Source: Candidatus Peregrinibacteria bacterium (GTDB lineage: Bacteria; Patescibacteriota; Gracilibacteria; UBA1369; UBA12463). Taken from it: DNA of 64,000 bases. Numbering within the stretch: the first letter of the stretch is position 1; each line of letters starts with the position of its first letter. Below, one piece after another: positions 28,902-37,649 of the stretch. The notes beneath the pieces were generated by a model. That model worked only from the letters and a program-made list of their open reading frames with translations. It ran no database searches and was not told the origin of the DNA. Location of the stretch: assembly GCA_037447365.1 (NCBI GenBank), contig JBBIGU010000002.1, forward strand, positions 6,678 through 70,677. Direction: 5' to 3'. The position numbers were made by a program, and so were the translations under genes.

Positions 28902-30122
28902 ATGGAATCTTTCGAGTCACAATCATTACAGACTGGTTCGTCATTACAAGACAACTCATCGTCTTCTATTCTTCAAAATGTTTCTGAAAAGCCAGTAGAA
29001 GAGATTGTATATGGTGTGTACGATAATTCTCGCGCGAATGTTTTTCGCCAGCTTAATGATTTTCTCATTGATCATAGTAAAGTAAGTCTCAAGGAAAAAT
29101 CGTATGTTTTTTATTTATTGTCGGTGATGGTGGATAGCGGCGTTCCACTTATTCAGTCACTTCGAATTGTGGCTCGTCGAACCACAAGTGAACGCATGCG
29201 ACGAGTACTCTTTACGGTCGCTTTTGATGTGGAAAAAGGTAAAAATTTTGCCGACAGTCTTGCTCGATTTCCAGATGTTTTTGAAGAATTTGAAATTGGA
29301 GTTATTCGGAGTGGTGAAGTTTCTGGTCATTTAGATAGAATGCTCTCTCGTCTTGCTACTGAAGTTGAAGATGCTTATGACCTTCAATCTCAATTGTGGA
29401 GCGCAGCGTTTTACCCAATCACTGTCTTTGCCGTTTTGCTTGTTGTTGGATTTGGTGTGATGACATTTCTAGTTCCGCGAATTCTTGGTTTTTCTCAGGA
29501 CTTGATTGGTACTGGACGTGAGCTTCCTTCAGCAACACAGGTACTTATTAGTACTCAGCATATTATTACAAATTATTGGTGGTTGTTGTTCCTTCTCGTT
29601 TTTGGTGGATATGGACTTTGGAATTTTTATGTTAAAACTGGAACAGGTAAGTTGCAGTGGGATCTTTTTGTTTTGAAATTTCCGGTTCTTGGAATGCTCC
29701 GAAGAAAAATATATGTTCTTCGAATTATTCGATTACTTGCGATTCTTCTTGAGTCTGGACTTCCAATTCTCGTAACACTCAAAATGGTTGCCAAGAGTAT
29801 TCCAAATGAAATATATAAATTGAAATTATGGGATGCCATGAATCAGGTTCAGCAGGGCGGAAAACTACACTCTGCTTTTCAAGATAACTCATTCTTGTTT
29901 CCAGAAGAGGTGACATCGATGCTTGCTATTGGTGAACAGTCTGCGACTATTGCACAGAGTGCGAGTCGTGCTGCTACTCAGTATGAAAAAGAAATTAAAC
30001 ATACATTAAAAAAGCTTACGACGATTTTTGAGCCGGCACTTATTATTATTGCCGGTATCTTCGTTGCCGTGATGGCGCTCGCTGTTTTGATGCCTATCTT
30101 CGATCTTACGAGTCAGATTTAA
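28902..30122 (+). CDS. pilC: type IV pilus platform protein PilC (GspF family)
   Basis: 406 aa. Two internal T2SS-F repeats, each followed by TM helices, and a typical C-terminal ...LMPIFDL. Confidence 0.85.
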   Translation: MESFESQSLQTGSSLQDNSSSSILQNVSEKPVEEIVYGVYDNSRANVFRQLNDFLIDHSKVSLKEKSYVFYLLSVMVDSGVPLIQSLRIVARRTTSERMRRVLFTVAFDVEKGKNFADSLARFPDVFEEFEIGVIRSGEVSGHLDRMLSRLATEVEDAYDLQSQLWSAAFYPITVFAVLLVVGFGVMTFLVPRILGFSQDLIGTGRELPSATQVLISTQHIITNYWWLLFLLVFGGYGLWNFYVKTGTGKLQWDLFVLKFPVLGMLRRKIYVLRIIRLLAILLESGLPILVTLKMVAKSIPNEIYKLKLWDAMNQVQQGGKLHSAFQDNSFLFPEEVTSMLAIGEQSATIAQSASRAATQYEKEIKHTLKKLTTIFEPALIIIAGIFVAVMALAVLMPIFDLTSQI

Positions 30123-30139
30123 TTTCACCTCAATGTCAC

Positions 30140-30697
30140 ATGCCTTCTCTCAAACATCAACAACATAGAGGCTTTACACTTATCGAACTTGTCATTGTTA
30201 TAGCAATTATCGGTATTATTGTTGCAATGTCCTTGTCGAGTTATATGGGTTATCGAAAGAGTATTGCGTTGTCGTTGGCTGTCGATTCATTGCAGTCTGC
30301 TGTGAAACAAATTCAGCAGCAAGCACGTTCAGGCAAAACCTTTGACGGTACGATACCTTGTTATGGTCTTCTTTTTGAGCAGGGAAAACCGGTTCATTTT
30401 GTGACGGCAGCATACCAAAAAACAAGCGGAAAAAATACATCCGCTGATCAGATTTGTACCCAGGAGAAAATTGAAAATTTAATTCCCCTCATGGATGGAA
30501 TAAATGTTGTTGGTTTTGATTCTTCAATCAACATGCGTGTTTTTGCCACTCCGCCTCGAGGAGATATTGTAACTTCCGGTCTTGATATTAATGCTTCTTC
30601 AATTCATTTTCGACTTCAATTTGGAAGTGATAGTACAAAATCGGTTTCCGTAAAAATGAATCTTCCATTTGGTATTTTGCAACGAGATCAGCTCTAA
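30140..30697 (+). CDS. type IV prepilin (candidate major pilin)
   Basis: Leader MPSLKHQQHRG followed by FTLIELVIVIAIIGIIVAM, with the prepilin peptidase site G|F and Glu at +5. Confidence 0.8.
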   Translation: MPSLKHQQHRGFTLIELVIVIAIIGIIVAMSLSSYMGYRKSIALSLAVDSLQSAVKQIQQQARSGKTFDGTIPCYGLLFEQGKPVHFVTAAYQKTSGKNTSADQICTQEKIENLIPLMDGINVVGFDSSINMRVFATPPRGDIVTSGLDINASSIHFRLQFGSDSTKSVSVKMNLPFGILQRDQL

Positions 30698-30703
30698 TAT
30701 TTT

Positions 30704-31369
30704 ATGAAACATTTTCTTACACATTTTCGACTTTATATTCAATCGCCATCTCATACACGTGATGGATTTACGCTTCTTGAGCTTATTATTAGTTTTGCGG
30801 TTATGTCGATTGTCGTCTTTGGTGTGACGAGTTTATATGTAACATCTATTCGTTCTAATGCTGCGCAGGTTGATCGTTTTATTGCCTATAATCTTGCTCA
30901 AGAAGGACTTGAAGGTGTTCGAAATATTCGTGACACCTACTTCCGTCAGTCGCTTCCTTGGGATGGAAGTGATACTTCTGTTTCTTTGGTTGATAAGCCA
31001 TTTATTGATGGAACATATATTATTTCACGAAAGATTTCTCTTCCGATTGTTCAGTCATTTCAATCTGAGAATAAAGAGTCAGTTAAAAGTAGCATTCCTT
31101 GGATTTTTAAGTCCTTGAGCCAAAAAGACGATAGTCTTATTTACGAAGTTCATGCACAGGAAAATACGGGAATTCCATATTATGTTCATAAAATGGATTC
31201 ACTTCCTGCGGACAGTACGCCAACCATGTATCGTAGATCCATTACGCTTTCCAAGATTGATCAAAATCGAATTTTAGTTACGGCGCATGTTGAATGGAGT
31301 GATCATGGAAACCAAAAATCTCTCGATCTTGCAACAGAACTTACCAATTGGAAACAACGACCATTCTAA
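30704..31369 (+). CDS. prepilin-type minor pilin
   Basis: Long leader ending ...HTRDG followed by FTLLELIISFAVMSIVVFGV, with Glu at +5. Confidence 0.75.
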   Translation: MKHFLTHFRLYIQSPSHTRDGFTLLELIISFAVMSIVVFGVTSLYVTSIRSNAAQVDRFIAYNLAQEGLEGVRNIRDTYFRQSLPWDGSDTSVSLVDKPFIDGTYIISRKISLPIVQSFQSENKESVKSSIPWIFKSLSQKDDSLIYEVHAQENTGIPYYVHKMDSLPADSTPTMYRRSITLSKIDQNRILVTAHVEWSDHGNQKSLDLATELTNWKQRPF

Positions 31370-31376
31370 TATCTTT

Positions 31377-32021
31377 ATGAAATTTTCTTTATTAACTAGT
31401 CGGGTGAATCGTAGTAAACAAAAGGGTTTCACTCTCATTGAAATCCTGGTCTCCTTGTCGATTTTTTTGATCTTGCTTGGCGTACTGATGACTTCGTTCT
31501 TTCAGCTCTACAAAGCACAGCGTGATGCGAATGATGTTCGAAAAGTTGTTGCTGATTTGCGTACCCTTACCAATTTTGTTCAGGACGAAATGAGGACAAA
31601 AACAATTGATTTTTATTCATATAATCCCACGTATCGTCTTTCTTTTGATACTCCGCAGCATGTTTTGTATCTCACCGATAAAAATGGAACGCATCAGACG
31701 ACCATTACATTTATTCCTTCTCAGAAGGGTAGTGTTAGTGGTGAAAATGGCGGTAGTGTTGTTTTTACAAAGCAGGTTCGGGTTGATAAGGATCATAGTT
31801 GGAGTGCCGATTCTGGTTTTGCCGGTGATCCAAAAAAGATCTCTATTCCACATGTTCAATTAAAAGACGTTTCGTTTTCTCTTGCTCCGATGGGTGATCC
31901 TAATGCAAGTCTTGATAATCTTCGTGACAGTACTTTGCAAATGCAGCCATCGGTTACAATGCATGTTCGATTTGGAAATAATTATTATCTGCAAACTACT
32001 TTTTCCTCACGTGTTTACTAA
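31377..32021 (+). CDS. prepilin-type minor pilin
   Basis: The track ORF starts at 31287 inside the upstream gene. ATG 31377 gives MKFSLLTSRVNRSKQKG followed by FTLIEILVSLSIFLILLGV. Confidence 0.75.
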   Translation: MKFSLLTSRVNRSKQKGFTLIEILVSLSIFLILLGVLMTSFFQLYKAQRDANDVRKVVADLRTLTNFVQDEMRTKTIDFYSYNPTYRLSFDTPQHVLYLTDKNGTHQTTITFIPSQKGSVSGENGGSVVFTKQVRVDKDHSWSADSGFAGDPKKISIPHVQLKDVSFSLAPMGDPNASLDNLRDSTLQMQPSVTMHVRFGNNYYLQTTFSSRVY

Positions 32022-32024
32022 CTC

Positions 32025-33155
32025 ATGAATATTTTTACTTCACATCGACGGGGAAGTGCATTGATTACCACACTCTTGGTAACTGCACTCATTATGCTTA
32101 CTGCCGTTGGACTTGCTCAGTTGATTACTGGCGATATTCGAACGGGAGGGGAGTTTGTGCAAGATGGAAAGGCGTTATATATGGCTGAGAGCGGATTGGA
32201 AAGAGGCTTGCTTACCTTGAAAGATCAGCTTCCTGGCTATCAGCCAAAACTTGTAAAAGGTGGTGTTGAGAAAGAGACTCTTTCTTATGAAACTAATTTC
32301 AAGACTCAAGCAAATGATATTCCTCATGTTGAGCCTGGCATGGTGAGTGTTTTCAATAAGGCCGATGCATATAATACACTTGCGGCCCAACATTCTGTTG
32401 CGGTTCCGTTGTTTACTGTTGATGACGCTGGTGTGGCTCATAATATTCAAGACTTCCTCGTAAAATATTATGTTCCATTTGATCTTTCAAAAAATATTGC
32501 AGGATCTCAATTGCAAGATATTGATTTCTTCCGATGGAAGATTGTTGGTATTGCGCATGATACAAAAAAAGCTGAGTCAGTAAGCGACTTTACGTCCGCT
32601 TCTGATTTTGCTATCGCCGAGAAGCCAAACTGTTTTGGAACCTCAAAAGAAAAAGTTCAGGAGAAGTTTTCTGATATTATTCCTGACTGCATTCCCGATA
32701 TGGTGAAGTCTTCTACGGATGTGCAGAATTGCCAATATAACCAAGCTCGATCGTATTACAAATACACAGTAAAGACTTCCTATGATGGCTTCGAGGATAG
32801 CGCTCCTATTGAAGTTCTTGATACTCCTTGTTATGCGATTGCTGATTTTCTTGCGAATCATGATCAGAATTACTTGATCCTTACGAATCTCGTGAATCCC
32901 GATATCATTCAGGCGCTGAGTCCTGATGCTCAGGCCGCCCTCTCTTACATTAAATATCGTGTTATCACTACGGAGCCAGTTTTGCGAGATAAGGTGACTA
33001 TAGAATCGACCGGAAATTCTGGTGGTATTCTTGGTGGGGTTGGCGCTGCTCTCCTTGGTGGCTCTACTAAAAAGCTCGATCTTCAGCTTTCTGGAGATGC
33101 TTTTTTGCCAGTCTTTAACTTCTCAATCTACCAGACGGATTTGAAGAAGAAGTAG
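32025..33155 (+). CDS. PilX-like pilus-associated protein
   Basis: 376 aa. N-terminus RRGSALITTLLVTALIMLTAVGLAQL...ALYMAESGLERGL resembles the PilX N-terminal domain, with no Glu at +5. Last gene of the pilin cluster. Confidence 0.55.
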   Translation: MNIFTSHRRGSALITTLLVTALIMLTAVGLAQLITGDIRTGGEFVQDGKALYMAESGLERGLLTLKDQLPGYQPKLVKGGVEKETLSYETNFKTQANDIPHVEPGMVSVFNKADAYNTLAAQHSVAVPLFTVDDAGVAHNIQDFLVKYYVPFDLSKNIAGSQLQDIDFFRWKIVGIAHDTKKAESVSDFTSASDFAIAEKPNCFGTSKEKVQEKFSDIIPDCIPDMVKSSTDVQNCQYNQARSYYKYTVKTSYDGFEDSAPIEVLDTPCYAIADFLANHDQNYLILTNLVNPDIIQALSPDAQAALSYIKYRVITTEPVLRDKVTIESTGNSGGILGGVGAALLGGSTKKLDLQLSGDAFLPVFNFSIYQTDLKKK

Positions 33156-33231
33156 GTTATAGACGTGATTCAATATTGCCCTGGAGTGTATTTTTCTGCT
33201 AGGATGAGCCCACATTCGCTTTATTTTTCCT

Positions 33232-34791
33232 ATGCAAAAATCTTTCTTTGTTACGACCTCGATTGCTTACGTGAACTCCGTCCCACACATTGGTTTTGCG
33301 ATGGAATTAGTACAGGCAGATGTTCTTGCTCGTTATCATCGACTTAAGGGTGAAAAAGTTTTTTACGAAACGGGTACGGATGAGCATGGTATCAAAATTT
33401 TCAGAACCGCTGCTGACCTCAGTATGACTCCTCAGGAGATGGTTGATAAAAATGCTCAAAGATTCCGAGATCTTACCAAAGCTCTTAGTATTTCCAATGA
33501 TTTTTTTGTTCGCACAACAAATCCAGATCATAAGCGTGGTGCTCAGAAGATTTGGCAAAAGATGGCTGAAAATGGTGAAGATGGTAAAAAGGATATTTAC
33601 AAGGGCACGTACGAAGGTCTCTACTGTGTTGGCTGCGAAGCATATGTCCTCGAAAAGGATCTCGTTGATGGCAATTGCTCTATTCACAAGAAGCCACCAG
33701 AGCTTCTCAAAGAAGATAACTATTTTTTCCGACTTTCGAAATATTCCGCGCAGATCAAGGAACTTATCGAAACCGATAAACTCAAAGTTGTCCCAGAGGC
33801 GCGCAAGAATGAAATTCTCAATATCATCGGCGAAGGCCTTCCTGATGTCAGTTTTTCACGTCCGAACTCAATGCTTCCATGGGGCGTTCCAGTTCCTGGC
33901 GATGAGTCACAGGTGATGTATGTTTGGTGTGATGCGCTTTCAAATTACATTACGGGTATTGGATATAATGGAGATAACGAAGAGCAAAATGAGATGTTCA
34001 AAACATTCTGGCCGGCTCAAGTCCACCTCATTGGGAAGGATATTCTTCGATTTCATGCAGGTGTTTGGATTGGTATGCTCCTTTCTGCCGGACTCGCAAT
34101 ACCAGAAAATATTTACGTTCATGGATTTATTACGTCTGAAGGTCAGAAGATGAGTAAGTCCCTCGGAAATGTTGTCGATCCCTTTGAATTCACTGAAAAA
34201 TATGGCATCGATCCTGTGAGATATTATTTGTTGAAAGAAATTCCAACGACCGATGATGGCGACTTTAGTAAAGAAAGATTCCTCGGAGTGTATGGTTCAG
34301 ATTTGGCTAACAGCCTTGGAAATCTCGTCTATCGTGTCTTCTCCATGAACGAAAAATATTTTGAAGGGAAGATTGTGAAGAAAGCCCTGAGCGCACCTGC
34401 TACATTAACTGCACCACTTCCTGAACTTATTGCTCGATATCATGCGTCTATTAATGATTTTGATTTGAAATCTGCGCTTGAGCTTGTTGTAAAGCTCATG
34501 AATGCGGGTAATGAACATGTTGAAATTTCGAAACCTTGGGCACTCGCAAAGACCGACATGGACAAGCTTGCTGAGGTTATGTACCAACTTCTCGAACTCA
34601 TTCGTATTATCGCCGTTTTACTTTCTCCATTTATTCCAACTACTGCCGAAAAGATTCTTGCTCAGTATGGCGAATCGGGAAAGGTAAGTGATGCGGTGGG
34701 TGGTCTTGATACGGCTCTTATTTGGGGTCAGCTTCCTGAAGGCCTGCAGCTCACAAAAGGGGAGCCACTGTTCCCGAGGTTGGAGGAGTAA
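33232..34791 (+). CDS. metG: methionyl-tRNA synthetase
   Basis: 519 aa. SIAYVNSVPHIGFAME (HIGH-class motif) and KMSKSLGN. Confidence 0.93.
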   Translation: MQKSFFVTTSIAYVNSVPHIGFAMELVQADVLARYHRLKGEKVFYETGTDEHGIKIFRTAADLSMTPQEMVDKNAQRFRDLTKALSISNDFFVRTTNPDHKRGAQKIWQKMAENGEDGKKDIYKGTYEGLYCVGCEAYVLEKDLVDGNCSIHKKPPELLKEDNYFFRLSKYSAQIKELIETDKLKVVPEARKNEILNIIGEGLPDVSFSRPNSMLPWGVPVPGDESQVMYVWCDALSNYITGIGYNGDNEEQNEMFKTFWPAQVHLIGKDILRFHAGVWIGMLLSAGLAIPENIYVHGFITSEGQKMSKSLGNVVDPFEFTEKYGIDPVRYYLLKEIPTTDDGDFSKERFLGVYGSDLANSLGNLVYRVFSMNEKYFEGKIVKKALSAPATLTAPLPELIARYHASINDFDLKSALELVVKLMNAGNEHVEISKPWALAKTDMDKLAEVMYQLLELIRIIAVLLSPFIPTTAEKILAQYGESGKVSDAVGGLDTALIWGQLPEGLQLTKGEPLFPRLEE

Positions 34792-34805
34792 TTCAGCTGT
34801 AGATT

Positions 34806-35387
34806 TTATAACGTTTGAATTATTTTTCCGGATTTGTCTTTAATAACCTCTTCCGGAAGTTTACCTCCCCCAGGTTGTGATTCTAATTTTTTTAAATCTT
34901 CTTCACTTTGCTTTATCTGTTGTTCTAGATCAGTAGTTGCTTTTATGTCGGTTGCTTTTTGTATAATTGGAAACGGCTGAATAATAAGTCTTACGATCAA
35001 GTATGAGAACATGACGAGTGCGAGACCGAGAAGCGCCCAGGTGAGCTCTCGTTTAGCATTTTCAATTTGAGACTCTTCGCCCATGGCGAAGGCATAGTCA
35101 CCACCAGCTCGAACGATAAACATGACTGCGAGTGGTGCGGCTACAAAGAGGAGTAAGTTTGCGATGTACTGCAATACGATATTGAAAGCCGAAACAGCTC
35201 TGTCTTGCTGAGTATCTCCTTGTTGTCCCGTAGCACTATTTACTTTTTCTTGAAGTGATTTATTGAGATCTTGAAGTCCTGCATTTTTTGGTACGAGATA
35301 GTCAGGAATTCCTATCGCTGCTTGAGTAGCGGTGAAAAGTGTCGCGCTGAGGATGAGTGATGCGAGAATGATTGATAACTTTTTCAT
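34806..35387 (-). CDS. VirB2/TrbC-like (T4SS-pilin-type) membrane protein, paralog 1
   Basis: Signal peptide MKKLSIILASLILSATLFTATQA, then TM helix, loop AMGEESQIENAK, TM helix, plus a charged C-terminal tail. Confidence 0.6.
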   Translation of the reverse strand: MKKLSIILASLILSATLFTATQAAIGIPDYLVPKNAGLQDLNKSLQEKVNSATGQQGDTQQDRAVSAFNIVLQYIANLLLFVAAPLAVMFIVRAGGDYAFAMGEESQIENAKRELTWALLGLALVMFSYLIVRLIIQPFPIIQKATDIKATTDLEQQIKQSEEDLKKLESQPGGGKLPEEVIKDKSGKIIQTL

Positions 35388-35397
35388 ATGTATCTAT

Positions 35398-35844
35398 TTA
35401 TTCGAGTGGCTTGATGAGCGTAATAGCACGAACGATAGCGTATGATGCTGCAATGATAACATCGCCGATGGCGATATAGATAATGATCGTTTTTGCTTTA
35501 GTCTGTTTATCCTCTTCACCATCCGAGAAGACGAGAATCACTCCTGCTACAACCGCTCCGACGAATGTCATAACGACAGCAACTCCTGAAAGAATTTTGA
35601 TGATTCCAGAGAACACGTCGGCAAATGATGATTCTTGCGTTGATTTAACTTGTTTCGATAAGTCTTTGAGGTTTTTGTTTACATCTTTCCCGTCGATTTG
35701 CAGGTTCTCAACCTTGAAGATCTTATCAATACCTTCAGTAACACTTTTATCTTCCGGAGTTTGTACTACTGCAAGTGTAACGGTTGGCATAACCATTACA
35801 AGTGTCATCATAAGAGCGATAATGTAGGTTTGAATTTTTTTCAT
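35398..35844 (-). CDS. VirB2/TrbC-like (T4SS-pilin-type) membrane protein, paralog 2
   Basis: Signal peptide, then TM helix, loop SDGEEDKQTKAK, TM helix. 148 aa. Confidence 0.6.
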   Translation of the reverse strand: MKKIQTYIIALMMTLVMVMPTVTLAVVQTPEDKSVTEGIDKIFKVENLQIDGKDVNKNLKDLSKQVKSTQESSFADVFSGIIKILSGVAVVMTFVGAVVAGVILVFSDGEEDKQTKAKTIIIYIAIGDVIIAASYAIVRAITLIKPLE

Positions 35845-35862
35845 ATTTTTTCTTTTGTATAT

Positions 35863-36261
35863 TTATCCTCCAATTTTAAGCTTGAGAAGTATTGATACGA
35901 GGGCGTACGAGAGCATTGCTACGGCGATTCCTACGGCTGACCATTTCATAATTTTTTTTGCTTTTTCTGTTTGTCCTTCCTCGCCAAATGATACGACGTA
36001 TAGGACACCTCCATACACGAATGAGACAAGTGCCATACTTCCTGTAAATCCCACAAAGAAGGTTGTAAGAAATGGAATGACGAATGTGACTCCGTAACCT
36101 CCATTAACCCCACCTTGGCCCTTGAGTGACTCTTGTTGCGCAATGTCAGGTCCTGCCAATGACTTTGGCTTTGGTATAAATGATTGCGCATAGGCTGCCT
36201 GTAGACCCAAGGTCATGACGAGAAGTGATACGGTGATGATGATTTTTGCGAGTGGTTTCAT
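35863..36261 (-). CDS. VirB2/TrbC-like (T4SS-pilin-type) membrane protein, paralog 3
   Basis: Signal peptide ending LQAAYA, then TM helix, loop SFGEEGQTEKAK, TM helix. 132 aa. Confidence 0.6.
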   Translation of the reverse strand: MKPLAKIIITVSLLVMTLGLQAAYAQSFIPKPKSLAGPDIAQQESLKGQGGVNGGYGVTFVIPFLTTFFVGFTGSMALVSFVYGGVLYVVSFGEEGQTEKAKKIMKWSAVGIAVAMLSYALVSILLKLKIGG

Positions 36262-36272
36262 AATGCATTACT

Positions 36273-37055
36273 TTATGGTGCAGGTAATGGCTCAGGAGCC
36301 GGCGCTTCTCCTCCATCCTTCGTTACTTCTGTTGGCGGATTTTGTCCGCTATAATCTGGCGCTTGGAAGAATGTTGGATTGATGATGTAAAGAAGTCCTG
36401 ATGCGAAAAAGAGGAGTACGATCCCTCCAATTGCCTGAACGATTCGGCCCTTAGCTTCTCCTACAACCGATGGTTCGCCTTCGCCTTTGGCAATTGAAAT
36501 TTGAATTCCGCTAATCACAATTGTGAGTACTGCAATAACTCCAACGATTCCTGCCGCCCAGCGATAAATAAGTCCAAGATATAGTTGCAATAATCCCGTT
36601 CCTCCTTGCGCTGGATCAATGAGGAGAACGGTAACTTCCTGACAGTCAAAGTACTGACCATTATCGTCTGTTCCGAGAGCTGGAACGTCCTTTGGACATT
36701 TTTCGAGAAGTAGTTGATTTGTGATTTTTTTTACTCCTCCACCTTTTGCATCGCAGTTTAGAATTTCTGTATAACGTACACATGCTTTAACTTTTCCCGG
36801 AGTTCCGCTTCCAGACTCGGTATTTGGCGTGTCTATGCTTTCTTCGAGGACGGTGAAAATGTTGTTTTTAACTTCGGTATCAGATAAACAGAGTTTTCCG
36901 GCGCTTATATTCGTTTTTTTTGCATCTTCTACTTTTGATTTACATTTTGTGACAAGTGGATCTTCCACGGTTTTATCTGCCGCAAGCGCAGCGTATGGGA
37001 GAAGTAATCCTCCGAGCACAATGCTTATCACCAATGTTTTGAATAATGTTTTCAT
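36273..37055 (-). CDS. VirB2/TrbC-like membrane protein, paralog 4, with a Cys-rich ectodomain
   Basis: ATG 37055 (MKTLFKTLVISIVLGG...) lies 4 nt after the upstream stop. Six Cys in the mature N-domain. TM helix, loop AKGEGEPSVVGEAK, TM helix, then a Pro/Ala-rich tail. Confidence 0.6.
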   Translation of the reverse strand: MKTLFKTLVISIVLGGLLLPYAALAADKTVEDPLVTKCKSKVEDAKKTNISAGKLCLSDTEVKNNIFTVLEESIDTPNTESGSGTPGKVKACVRYTEILNCDAKGGGVKKITNQLLLEKCPKDVPALGTDDNGQYFDCQEVTVLLIDPAQGGTGLLQLYLGLIYRWAAGIVGVIAVLTIVISGIQISIAKGEGEPSVVGEAKGRIVQAIGGIVLLFFASGLLYIINPTFFQAPDYSGQNPPTEVTKDGGEAPAPEPLPAP

Positions 37056-37059
37056 ACGT

Positions 37060-37620
37060 TTATGAGAGAAGGCTGGTGACAATGTTAACAAAGATAAATG
37101 ATAGGAGCGCGAAAATAACTCCAAGGATTGAGTAGAGCATCATGCCTTTTCCTTTCGTAACCCATCCTTCGTCGCCGTGATTTGCGATCATCATAATACC
37201 TGCCACGATAAGTGTTAAGAGAGCAAGTGATCCAATGACATAAACGAGAATATCGATGATTCGAAGAAATGTTCCGAGAAGAACTCCATATTTTTCGACT
37301 GGATAATCTTTATTTGCGAAGATGGATTGTCCTTGTGTTACCTTATTTCCTTTACTGTCTTTGGTTGTAAGAGTGAGAAAGTTGAGTGGTAATTTGAAGC
37401 CTTGCCCTGAGGCATTGCGTATTGCTGCTGCCTTTTCTGCTGCCGCTGTTGCGTCCGCCTTTGCTTTCTCTGCCGCTGCATCTGCTTGTTGTTGGCAATA
37501 TTCCGGAGAATCATCTGGTCCACACTGAAAATCCGCCCGCACAACAGTTGGTACGTATAATAATGGCATAATCATTATTGCGAGAAGTCCGATGGTAATT
37601 GCGCCTGTAGTTCGTTTCAT
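37060..37620 (-). CDS. VirB2/TrbC-like membrane protein, paralog 5
   Basis: Signal peptide, CGPDDSPEYC, an Ala/Lys-rich helix, then TM helix, loop NHGDEGWVTKGK, TM helix. 186 aa. Confidence 0.6.
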   Translation of the reverse strand: MKRTTGAITIGLLAIMIMPLLYVPTVVRADFQCGPDDSPEYCQQQADAAAEKAKADATAAAEKAAAIRNASGQGFKLPLNFLTLTTKDSKGNKVTQGQSIFANKDYPVEKYGVLLGTFLRIIDILVYVIGSLALLTLIVAGIMMIANHGDEGWVTKGKGMMLYSILGVIFALLSFIFVNIVTSLLS

Positions 37621-37649
37621 GGTGCGTACAAATAGTGAAGTTTCAGCAA

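Noticed and set aside
33156-33231. T-box or other leader elements upstream of metG, gltX (5488-5597) and hisS (45150-45385).
   Set aside because: The metG and gltX leaders are too short (about 76-110 nt) for a T-box. I did not find the conserved T-box sequence (AGAGA / GGUGNRA-type elements followed by a terminator/antiterminator) in the hisS leader.
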